From Lophium mytilinum (Eukaryota), in the NCBI GenBank assembly GCA_010093605.1, contig MU004195.1, forward strand, positions 1,193,566 to 1,257,565: 64,000 nucleotides of DNA. Reading direction: 5' to 3'. Shown here piece after piece: positions 32,446 to 42,134 of the stretch; position 1 is the first letter of the stretch; every line of letters starts with the position of its first letter. The notes beneath the pieces were generated by a model. The model searched no databases. It was not told the DNA's origin and saw nothing but the letters and a program-made list of their open reading frames with translations. Both the position numbers and the translations under genes were made by a program.

Positions 32446-34956
32446 ATGGCGAACGCCAACGGTCCTGGCCGACAAGGCAATGGACTTCCCGCCGCGGCAT
32501 TTCATGTCCCGCCTCGTCTTTCCGCAGCGGCTGGAGACACTGCTGAGCCTGCAGCAGCGTACCCTTTTGGAGAAGAGGCATCAAAAACACTCGAAACTGC
32601 CGAATACCAGAACGGGGTAAAAGCTTCCTATGAACCTCGGCATCAGGCCCACAAGGACACAGCGATAACTAACGAGGACGCGCTGATGACCTATCACAAT
32701 GTCGAGGTTGATCGCATCGGGCAAGAGCTCCTCGCGTGTATGCGTGTAGAGATTGAAATGGTCGAGCTTTGCTTTGAAGCTGATTTGCCAAACCCAGCGG
32801 AATTCAACCAGGAGCGTACAGCGGCAAGGGAGGCTTCCAAAGAAGCGGAAAATGAACTAGCTAAAGCTATAGCTTCTGCACGGGAAGTTTGCGTACGGAT
32901 GGAATCAAGCAAGGTTAAACACAAGGGGTTGGAGCTCCTCAAGAATATTATTGCGGAGCTCACAACAAAAAGACACGATCTGGACCACCAATTGGACAAC
33001 AAAGGGCGAGGGCTTCTCTGGATCTTTTGTGCAGAGATGTCAGTAACCATGGATCTCTACAAACTAAAAGTGGACGACACAGAGATGGACGATCCAGTGG
33101 AGCTTATAGTGGCGAGGGAGGCTTATAAAGAAGCGGAAACTCAACTAGTCATGGCCATAGCTTCCGCACGAGCGTCTTACTCACGGATGGAAACAAGCAA
33201 GGTTGATCAAAACGGGCTAGGGCTCCTCATGGATGCTTTGGCGAAGCTCTCTGCAAAAAGGTGGCAACGGGACCGCCAAATTGAGGTCAAAGATGATCTC
33301 AAAATGGCGCGCAACGTCGTCGAGTATGATCGTATTAAGGGATCTATGGTCGAGTCATTGCGTGTGGAGATCATATCAGCCGAGAATGATCTTGAAGTAG
33401 CGATGAACGCCCCAGTGGAACTCGACCAGGAGCTCACAGCGACGAGGGAGGCTTCCAAAGAAGCGGGAAAGCAACTAGCCAAAGCCATAGATTCTTCGTC
33501 GGAGCTTTGGGAACGGCTGGAAGTAAGCAGCGCTGATCGTGTGGACTTAGATGTCGTCGGGAATGCTTATCTCGAGCTCTTAAACAAACGGAGTGATCTT
33601 AATCGGGGCGAATGGGCGCTCAAAGTGATGAGGAACGCACACAAAGAAGCGCAAAACCGACCAGCCAACGTCATGGCTTCCTCACGGAAGGCTTCTTTAC
33701 AGATGAGTTCCGACGACGAAGTCATCGTCAGCAATCTGAGGAATCAAGTGAAGGAATTGGAAAGCAAAACGGCATCCATCCCTACACTTCAAGCCCGCAT
33801 TGAAGAGCTGGAGAGACAGAACGAGGCCCTGCAAAAGACCAATCAGTATGCTGGTGAAGCCTTAAACGCTGCGAATGAGGAGCACAAGGCTGCCCTGGAG
33901 GCTGCGACGAGCTGGACTGGAGAATGTCAGGGCCAATTGGAGAAGCTTAATAAGGAATATGGGAACCTCCTGAGAGAAAAGGCGCTCACACCGGCCCCGA
34001 ACGGCCCGCATGGACCAACGACACTTCTGCACAGGCAATACGATGGACTTGTCACTCAGTACAAGTCACTGTTCAACGACTACAAAGAGGCACAGGCAAC
34101 GATCCGCACGCTCAGCGCGAAACTGAATTTCCAGTCGGCCACTCAGGATTCAGGTCCCTGGATCAAGCACTTAAGCCTAGAGATCAAGTCAGTCAAGCAC
34201 CCAGATCCGGCGAATGAGGAAGCCTCCACATATCCAGATCCGGCGATGAAAGAGGCCTTCACGAAATTTTCTGAGGTACTCAAGCAAATTGAGGACCTCC
34301 ACCGTACGAATCGTGCGAAGCCAGGCGAGGACAACCAAGATAGAAGGCGATGCCTGGCCACCTACACGCCTAAGCAGGCCTGGAGCATACGCGACAGCCT
34401 CACAGACGTATGCGTTCTGATCAATAATCGCATTTACGTAGATCTTGCTTCCAGACAAGATAGACTCGCCTACAATATGTCAACAGTGATGGGATGTTTG
34501 TGCATGTTAGCAGTCGATGCATTCGAGGACATCGCATACGGCCACGAAGAATTGAGATTAGCCAACGCCACTATGATCAACAATGGTACGTTGACCGTGG
34601 AGAACTGGTTGGCGGCCCGAAAGATCTTGGAACAAGAGAGGGAGAAATATGAAGCCAACCCTGCCTACATCCCGGACCACCTAAGTGGAATATGCGACAA
34701 GGAGGGGAGACTAAGGAGATTTCTGAATAACCTCCCCAGCGACAAGGAGCTGCTGTCTCACTTTGAAGTCCCACTGGTACCGCTGAGCGTCGTCGAACTA
34801 TGCCAAACTCTCGACATCCAGACCGGATCGACCATCTGTGGAGAACTGGTCGCGCGTTTGAAGACATTCCCGCAACTTGAGCAAGGAAAGCAGAGGAAGA
34901 AAGCGGTGTTCTGGCGAAAGAGTGATGCTGGAAGCGAGGAGGTTCCTGGAACCTAA
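32446..34956 (+). CDS. Orphan protein B (836 aa): ~3.5 internal ~100-aa helical repeats, coiled coil, C domain shared with A
   Basis: Long intronless ORF, ACAATGG context; repeated AREA.KEA..QL..AI.S motif. Confidence 0.85.
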   Translation: MANANGPGRQGNGLPAAAFHVPPRLSAAAGDTAEPAAAYPFGEEASKTLETAEYQNGVKASYEPRHQAHKDTAITNEDALMTYHNVEVDRIGQELLACMRVEIEMVELCFEADLPNPAEFNQERTAAREASKEAENELAKAIASAREVCVRMESSKVKHKGLELLKNIIAELTTKRHDLDHQLDNKGRGLLWIFCAEMSVTMDLYKLKVDDTEMDDPVELIVAREAYKEAETQLVMAIASARASYSRMETSKVDQNGLGLLMDALAKLSAKRWQRDRQIEVKDDLKMARNVVEYDRIKGSMVESLRVEIISAENDLEVAMNAPVELDQELTATREASKEAGKQLAKAIDSSSELWERLEVSSADRVDLDVVGNAYLELLNKRSDLNRGEWALKVMRNAHKEAQNRPANVMASSRKASLQMSSDDEVIVSNLRNQVKELESKTASIPTLQARIEELERQNEALQKTNQYAGEALNAANEEHKAALEAATSWTGECQGQLEKLNKEYGNLLREKALTPAPNGPHGPTTLLHRQYDGLVTQYKSLFNDYKEAQATIRTLSAKLNFQSATQDSGPWIKHLSLEIKSVKHPDPANEEASTYPDPAMKEAFTKFSEVLKQIEDLHRTNRAKPGEDNQDRRRCLATYTPKQAWSIRDSLTDVCVLINNRIYVDLASRQDRLAYNMSTVMGCLCMLAVDAFEDIAYGHEELRLANATMINNGTLTVENWLAARKILEQEREKYEANPAYIPDHLSGICDKEGRLRRFLNNLPSDKELLSHFEVPLVPLSVVELCQTLDIQTGSTICGELVARLKTFPQLEQGKQRKKAVFWRKSDAGSEEVPGT

Positions 34957-34989
34957 GTACGTTACCATACGAAGGGTATAGCGATGGAA

Positions 34990-36760
34990 GCCAGTGTACC
35001 TTTTGACGGGCGGGAGGCCTGCTAGAGGGGCTACTCCTGACAGTGGTATCAAGCGTGCAAGGATAAGGAATTAGTAGTGCTATATCCATGTGCGTAGCTA
35101 GCTATAATGAAAACCCAGTGTCAGGTTCTAGACATCCCAAACTAGGCTACCTCGTGACGGGCTGAAGACTTCTTAGGGGGGCTACTCCTAACAGCGGTAT
35201 CACGGGGCCAGAAGTAGGAGCTCTTCAATGGCCTATCCATGCATCCAGTTTACCTAACCCAGAACTATAATAGAAACCCAATATCACGTTCTAGAGAGCC
35301 TAACCTAGGCTACCTGTTAACGAGCTATAGACCGGCTTAGGGGGCTACTCCTAACAGTGGTATTACGGGACTAAAAGTGGGAGCTATGCACTGGCATATT
35401 CATGCATCGACATATCTAACCCAGAATGTCGATCGAAATCCAATATCAAGTTCCAGACAACCGAATCCAAGCTTCCTTTTGACGGGCTAAAGACCAGCTG
35501 GGGGGGCTGCTCCCAACAGCAGTATCACGGGACCAAAAGTAGTAGTTATGCAATGGTATATCCGTACATTCAATCATCCAACCTAGAAATACAACAGAAA
35601 CACACTATCAGATTTTAAACAACTGAAACTAGACTACTTTTTAGTAGCCCGGAGACCTGCAAGCGGGGCACCTCCTGACAGTGGTTTTATAGGATCAAAA
35701 GCAGGCGCTAGGCAATCGTATATCCGTGCATCCACTTACCTATCCTAGAGCTGCAATAGAAACACAATCTTAGAGCGCAGACAGCTGAAACTAGACCGCC
35801 CTTTGATAGACCGGAGACCTGCTAGCGGAGCACCTCCTAACAATGGTATTAAGCGTGCAAGAGTAAGAGACTAGGAGTGCGATATCTATATACCTAGCGG
35901 TATGCCTTAGAGTCATAATAGAAACCTAACACGTAGTTCTAGAAACCCGAAACTAGGCTATCTTTCAACAGACTAGAATTCTACCAGCAGGGCTAGCCAG
36001 GCCACTCCCTACGATGCTATCAAACATGCAAAACACGAAACTTTTAAGTCAAGGCCAACACCATACAAATCGAACTACCTTTGCACCTGCTGGCGACCGG
36101 CTAGCCAGGCCGCCCCTTACAGTGCCAACACCTGTGCAATACTACAGATCACAATGCTACGGTCTACACAACGAAGATAAGACTACCTCTTAGCCGGATA
36201 GCGATTTGCTACCTAGGCCGCCCCTCACAGTGCTATCACCGATGCAAACTACAGATTACAATGCTACGGCCCACACAACGAAGATAAGACTACCTCTTAG
36301 CTAGATAGCGACCTACTTACCAGGCCACCCCTTACACTGCTATAAAGCGGCAAAACCGTAAGGGGCTTATCTCAGGGACAACGCTGTAGAGATTAGACTA
36401 CCTTTTAGTCGGTTAGCAACCTGCTAGCTGAGCTACTCCGTACAGTGCTATCAAATATTCAAGAGGAAGAAAGCGATGTAAAGACTGATGCAGTTAAAAC
36501 GAGACATCCTTTTACCTAGGTAACTATCGACTGGCTAGGCTACTCCTGATAGTGGTATAAAGCGTGCAAGGGTAAGCACTTAGCAGTACTATATCCGTGT
36601 GCACATCAGCTACAATAGGAACCCAATGTCAGGTTCTGGACAGTCGGTATTAGGCTACCTTTTGGCGGACTGCAGATGTACTAGCGGAGCTACTCCTAAC
36701 AGTGGTATCACGCGTGCAAGAGTATGAAACTAGCAGTGCTATATCCGTGTGCCCAACTAT
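34990..36760 (+). repeat. Right tandem array, ~13 units (~162-bp and ~108-bp classes), forward orientation
   Basis: GCTACTCCT.ACAGTG cores near 35031, 35182, 35345, 35507, 35669, 35831, 36002, 36110, 36218, 36325, 36433, 36540 and 36690. Confidence 0.9.
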
Positions 36761-37031
36761 ATGACCCAGTATTGTATAAAGAAAGGCCACAATGTTACAA
36801 GGTACAAATCACGCTGCTATTGCACACGGTGTCAAGAAAAGCAAGTTCAATCTACAATTACATCTATTTTCAGTCCCTAATACTTCCAGCAATACTAGCA
36901 CGCCAGCTCCCAAATAACTCCTATATAGTCCTTTGTAATAACACACAGCTATTAGGCTGTGTGTCGTAACTAGCACCATTTAGGAGTTAACTGAGAGCTG
37001 GCGTGCTACTATATACTCCCACGACGCGAAC

Positions 37032-38447
37032 TCACTTCCCCTCCGCGTCCGCTAGTCTCCTCCTAAGTCCCCGAATCGTCGCCTCCAGGTCCGAAATCTT
37101 CTCCTCCGCGACCTCGTTCACCTCCTCCAGTTCCTTAATCTTCCCCAGAGCGCCCCTCCACGCCAGCTCTTTCTCCTCCAACCGCCTCTTGAGGTCCTTC
37201 AACGCCTCCTCCATCGCCGCGTCCGCAGCCGGCCCAGCCCCTCGCAGCGACCTTTTCAACGCTTCTACCTCTTCTTCCAGAACTTCCACCTCCTCCCCCG
37301 CCCTCCGCAGCGCCGCGTCCACCCCCCTCTTCGCCACCAAAACCTCCTCCTTCTCCCTCATCTCCTCCTTCCAACACTTCTCCAACACAGCCCCATGCCT
37401 CCTCACCCCCGCGCACTCCCTCAGCGTCTCAACAAGTTCCGCTCCAACAGCAACGTACTTCATCTTCCACTCTTTCGCGCTCTTCTCCTGCAACGCCGCC
37501 TGCACCTCTGCGTTGCCAATCCGCGACCGCGCCGCGTCCGCTTCCGCGATGTGTCGCGTATCCTGCACGCGGAGGTCCGCCAGCTCCGCCTCCGTCCGCC
37601 GCAGCGTGGCGGCTTGGGCGGCGACTTGGGCGGTGAGCGTGGCGATTTGGGCCTCGTAGTGGGCTTTCTGGTCCGCGAGCTGGTCTGAGTACTGCTTTTT
37701 CTGGCTCGTGGCGTCGTGTGCAAGACGCAGCGTACCCGCTCTCACACCGCGCCGATACTGCCGGAACGCCTTCTTCTCTCTTGCTAGGGCTGCAGCCGCG
37801 ACGAATGGCAGCAGTTTCGTATCTTCTGACCGCGGGGAGTCCCATCCGGTGACGAGCTTGTAGAAGCCTTCGAGTAGGGTGCATAAGAGGAGTGCGGGGA
37901 CGTAGTACTGCTTGTTGGCGACGAAGGGGACGAGTTGTTCCGTGATGGCGCCGAGTCTGGTGAGCCATTTGCGGGCGGTCGCGCTTCGGAGGCCGGGGAA
38001 GTGGGCGAGGAGAGAGGGACCGTAGCGGGGGATGGCGATGAGGAGGAGGGTGTAGAGCAAGGCTGCGAGGTGGCCTGAGAGGTGGGCGGCTGGGATGGCG
38101 GTGATGGGGAGAGCGTATTCTTGGGTGAGATGGGCCGTAGGGATCGGTGCGGTGGGTGATGGAGATGACGAAGACGGCGGGTCGACTGGAGTAGAGAGGG
38201 ATGGCAGCGAGGATGAATAGGCTGGAAGCTCGACGGTTTCGATCGATGAAGGAATCGGGGTAGTAGAGGGGAAGTCTTCAACGGGGATGGATGCCGGGCT
38301 GGGGTAGTTCGAGGGATCGAAGTCGTTCTTTGGGCGAGTGCCGATGAGGACAGCAGCACCAGCAGCTACGGCGCCGACGAGGGCTGGGACGGCGTTTAGG
38401 ACATCGTCAAGGATGCCGTTTCGGTGGTAGGCGTTGATGTTGTTCAT
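37032..38447 (-). CDS. Orphan protein C (471 aa): N domain shared with A plus a coiled coil
   Basis: Intronless ORF; RYGPSLL..PG..S and EG.YK..GW motifs shared with A; coiled-coil C-terminal half. Confidence 0.82.
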   Translation of the reverse strand: MNNINAYHRNGILDDVLNAVPALVGAVAAGAAVLIGTRPKNDFDPSNYPSPASIPVEDFPSTTPIPSSIETVELPAYSSSLPSLSTPVDPPSSSSPSPTAPIPTAHLTQEYALPITAIPAAHLSGHLAALLYTLLLIAIPRYGPSLLAHFPGLRSATARKWLTRLGAITEQLVPFVANKQYYVPALLLCTLLEGFYKLVTGWDSPRSEDTKLLPFVAAAALAREKKAFRQYRRGVRAGTLRLAHDATSQKKQYSDQLADQKAHYEAQIATLTAQVAAQAATLRRTEAELADLRVQDTRHIAEADAARSRIGNAEVQAALQEKSAKEWKMKYVAVGAELVETLRECAGVRRHGAVLEKCWKEEMREKEEVLVAKRGVDAALRRAGEEVEVLEEEVEALKRSLRGAGPAADAAMEEALKDLKRRLEEKELAWRGALGKIKELEEVNEVAEEKISDLEATIRGLRRRLADAEGK

Positions 38448-38469
38448 GGCGATCTAGAGAAGAACGAAA

Positions 38470-38815
38470 AACTGCCGTTGAGTCGTGTGTGTCTTGGTGA
38501 TTGACTTCGGAGTGACGGCTGTCGAGTTGCGGTCGTGAGTGATCTGACGATTCGCTTTGGAGAGACGGCTGTTGAGTCGAGTGTGCTCTGATTGTTGGCT
38601 TCGCAGAGACGGCTGTCGAGTTGTAGTCGTGAGTGATCTGACGATTCGCTTTGGAGAGACGGCTATTGAGTGGTGTGTGCTTTGATGGTTGACTTTTGAG
38701 AGACGGCTGTAGAGTCGGGTGTGCTCTGATTGTTGGCTTCGCAGAGACGGCTGTCGAGTTGCAGTCGTGAGTGATCTGACGGTTCGCTTTGGAGAGACGG
38801 CTGATGAGCTGTGGG
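38470..38815. repeat. Compound minisatellite of 50-bp and 44-bp units upstream of orphan C
   Basis: GACGGCT cores at 38514, 38564, 38608, 38658, 38702, 38746 and 38796 (spacings 50,44,50,44,44,50). Confidence 0.93.
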
Positions 38816-39371
38816 TGTTTTGGTAGTTGTCGGGTGGAGCGTGTTGTGTTGCGCACTTATAGAAAAGGTGTGTGTGATCTCAGGAGTGAAGTGAGCCGCC
38901 TAACGTCAAGAGTGAAGTTGCGGTCCCCGGGTCTCGTAGACGGAGATCGTTGTAAATACTTCGGAAGGGTAAATTGCGCTGTCGCCTGTAAGTGTCCGGG
39001 TGTCTGCGATGTGTGTCACCTGGTCAAAGCCTTGAAAAGAAGAAAAATGCGCTACATTCACCAGCCCGTACGCAGCAAATCGATTTCGACAAAGAATATG
39101 AGTTAGACACTGCAGCACGATGAAAAAAGCTACACAGGTCGCGAAGTTTTGCGTTGGAGGTTTCTTGCTACAAATAAAAGTACAGTGCGAAAAGTGCTAC
39201 CTTTCTTTGTGTCTCAGTCAATGCCATTGTCTTCTGGACAAAGGGCCAACTAGCAAAGAACGCCGAAGAAGGGAAAACACTTGCTTGGCCGAACACTCTG
39301 CCCGACAGTCAATACTGCCGAACTCGAGCTGGAAGCAGCATGGAAGACTCACATACAACCACAGTCTCTTG

Positions 39372-40445
39372 CTACGCATGCTCTCCTCCAGCCCCCTGAT
39401 CCGGCGGCTCCTGAGTCTGCCGCGCTCTCCTCACCCTCTCTTCCGCAGCCTTCGCCAATATCTCCCTCCGACTAAGTCCCCCAGCCGGCACCTCCCCACC
39501 CACACTACTCACAACCGTACCGCCCCCTCCACCCCCGAGCACAAACTCCCCCCCAGTCCACCCCCCATGATCCATCACCTCCTCCTCCTGCGGCTGATAA
39601 TACTCCTGATTCCCCACACTCCTCCCCCCACTCCTCCAATCATCCCTCTCCACCTCCCTCTCAATCTTCCCACACAAATCCCAAAAATCCCGATCATGCG
39701 GCCCAAACACATTATGCGCCAGCTCATGACACAGCGTCTTCCGTATCGTCTTGTAATCCCTGTACCCATCATACGCATCCGTCCGCAACCGCAGCTCAAT
39801 CACCTCGCCCTGGTTGCGGTTCAGCCCCAGCGTGCGCGACTCGCGCGTCGTGTGCATCGCCGGGTCCATCTCGGTGAGCAGCGGCACCGCGAACTTGTGC
39901 GCGCGCATCGCGGCGCGGATGCCCGCGTCGTCGCGCAGGCGCTCGAGGAAGGCGAGGGAGCGCTCCGGGCGGGGGAGGTAGGGGAGCGGGCGGAGGGTGT
40001 GGAAGGTGTAGGTGGCGTCGTCTTGGATGCGCTGGTTGGAGCGGCCGGTACGGGAGGGGAGTGCAGATTTGATGGGGGAGGGGCGGCGCGGGGCGGAGGC
40101 GGCGGCGATGGAGGCGTTGAGGGAGGAGAGTTCGGCGGCGGTGGAGCCCATGAGGACGATTTTCTTGGTGAGGAGGGTGGTGAGGGGGGTGGAGGGGGCT
40201 TTGAAGGGGGGCTTGAGGAGCCCGACTTTCGGGGTTATGAGGAATTTCTGGTTGGAGGGAGGGATGGATAGGTTTGCAGCGATATATTCCGAGAGGTCTG
40301 CGAGAGTCGCATGGCTCGGGAAGGTAAGTTGTATCGGCTTGCCATGGTGCACTATCGTAAGGTGGGTGTCGTCGCCACTGGGTGGTGTTGAGGAGGTTGG
40401 TTTAAGCTCGTTTTGAGCCTGAGGATCATCTGTCGTAGCCATCAT
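39372..40445 (-). CDS. Ubiquitin-like domain + WLM (Wss1-like) zinc metallopeptidase
   Basis: N-terminal Ubl-like segment (IPPSNQKF, KIVLMGS), LGLNRNQGEVIELRLRT, HELAHNVFGPHD zinc motif. Confidence 0.92.
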   Translation of the reverse strand: MMATTDDPQAQNELKPTSSTPPSGDDTHLTIVHHGKPIQLTFPSHATLADLSEYIAANLSIPPSNQKFLITPKVGLLKPPFKAPSTPLTTLLTKKIVLMGSTAAELSSLNASIAAASAPRRPSPIKSALPSRTGRSNQRIQDDATYTFHTLRPLPYLPRPERSLAFLERLRDDAGIRAAMRAHKFAVPLLTEMDPAMHTTRESRTLGLNRNQGEVIELRLRTDAYDGYRDYKTIRKTLCHELAHNVFGPHDRDFWDLCGKIEREVERDDWRSGGRSVGNQEYYQPQEEEVMDHGGWTGGEFVLGGGGGGTVVSSVGGEVPAGGLSRREILAKAAEERVRRARQTQEPPDQGAGGEHA

Positions 40446-40951
40446 TGTATTTCCGAGGAGCAGTCGAAGCGTAGGTGTGAGAGAGGAGTAGAGGATTCAT
40501 GTTGTAGGTTGAACGACGTTTATGAGGCAGCTTCGTTGGATTTCCCAAGGCTTCCATGCTGTCGTCGTCCATCTCGGCAATAGCCGATTTGTCATCTGCC
40601 AACCCGGTGCCACGACATGAAGTAATCCAAATATCACGTATCTGAATATTAATCGAAATGGTCGAAAAGTAGAATAATATTCTAGATACACGGCATAACC
40701 GCTAGGAGGATTGAGTATCTAATAGGTTTATACAGCTCCCAGTCACCCCAAGAGGCCATCGACTCGACCCTAAAACTGGGTATCAAGAATGCCAGCGAAT
40801 ATAAATCTCGAAGCGAATCCAAGATGAGCGCCTCTTTTGTACCCAAAATGTACGCCAGATAGAATATGCAAGACAAAACGCCGACCTCTATCGTTAAGCA
40901 ATCCAAAACTTTCGTATCGTAGGATGAACTGTGAAATATGAAAGGATTATA

Positions 40952-42134
40952 TCATTTGTCCTCTTTGTCGGACTTCTCTTTCTCGGGCTTTTCTTCTTTG
41001 CTCTTTTCCTCTTCGGCCTTTTCTTTCTCTTCCTTCTCCTTTTCCTGTGCTTCCTTGTACTTGCGCATTCGTTCTTCGTTATCGTGCTTGTCTTTCTCGT
41101 CTTGCTCGGCCGTCTTCTGCCACTCCTTCGCACTGGGGTCCCAGATATGGCTATATAGATGTCAGTTCAAGCACATGTACTACAAGCCTACAATACAAAC
41201 TTACCCTTCATACGCGGTCAGAACTAGGGCTTTCTGCTGATATTCCTCGGTAAGGATCTTGTCATAGGCGTAGGGAATCTTCGCTGGGACGCCTTCGTAC
41301 ACGCTCTCTCTCAGTGGATACAAGTCGGTCGTCTTGTATCGGTGGTAGTTCTTACACACCCAGACGCCGGGGTTGGCGTCCGGGTGGGTTTCGCTGAGTC
41401 CCGTAATATCGATGTAGAGGCCGTTCCGAAGATCGATCCATCTGGCATCAATGATATTCATTCCATCACCTCGCTCGCGCTCCCATATCCACGAGTTTAC
41501 ATCCAGGAGGTATTCCCTCTTCGTTTTCCCATCTTCGGAGACGTAGTGGTTGTGAGTTTGGTTGTACTTCTCGCCCAGATGGTGAAGCGTCGCACCAGAA
41601 ACCTGGGTATCAACATCCCAGTCCCATGGAAGCATCTGCATTGTGATAATCATTAGCTGAGATCCTTCTGACCCTCAAGATTTTCTGATGTACCTTTCCA
41701 TTCCACCACCAGCCTAATAAAGTTCCGTGGGCTATCCAGGTGTCCAACCCGTTTTCTCTGAAAAAGTTCAAGTATGCGCGAATCATGTGGGTGAGGGTAT
41801 CGGTTCGTTCATCGTAATCTACAACGCCTTTGAAGTATCGGATGTCATAATGGCCCATGATATCATCGCCGCTAGGGAGATGGTCAGTAGCTGCTAGTGT
41901 GATTGATCGGACGAAGCATACCCAGGCTCATCTGCAAGAAAGTCAGTCTTATCTTCGAGAGAGAGGAAAGATGCCTGGGAACGTACGGAAGTATTTGTTT
42001 TTCGACTTGTCCTCCGCTCTTTTCACCAGTGAAGCACTCGATCCAGACACTTCTTCGGCCGGCGCTGGGGCCGCTAGCCCCGTCGCAAAACATGACGCTG
42101 TTGCAACTGCTGCTGCATAATGCAGTAATCTCAT
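40952..42134 (-). CDS. LicD/fukutin-family mannosylphosphate transferase (MNN4-like), multi-exon
   Basis: Signal peptide, GHYD.RYF, TWIAHGTLLGWWWNG, PWDWDVDTQV, NIIDARWID..NGLYIDITGL, K/E-rich tail. Confidence 0.9.

Noticed and set aside
25600..39100. Starship, Helitron or other autonomous transposon call for the island
   Set aside because: No tyrosine recombinase, Rep/helicase, DDE transposase or reverse transcriptase motifs, and no defined termini
39120..40271. 383-aa plus-strand ORF and other long antisense ORFs (e.g. 51928-52707, 56871-57677)
   Set aside because: Shadows of GC-rich real genes on the opposite strand, with low-complexity translations
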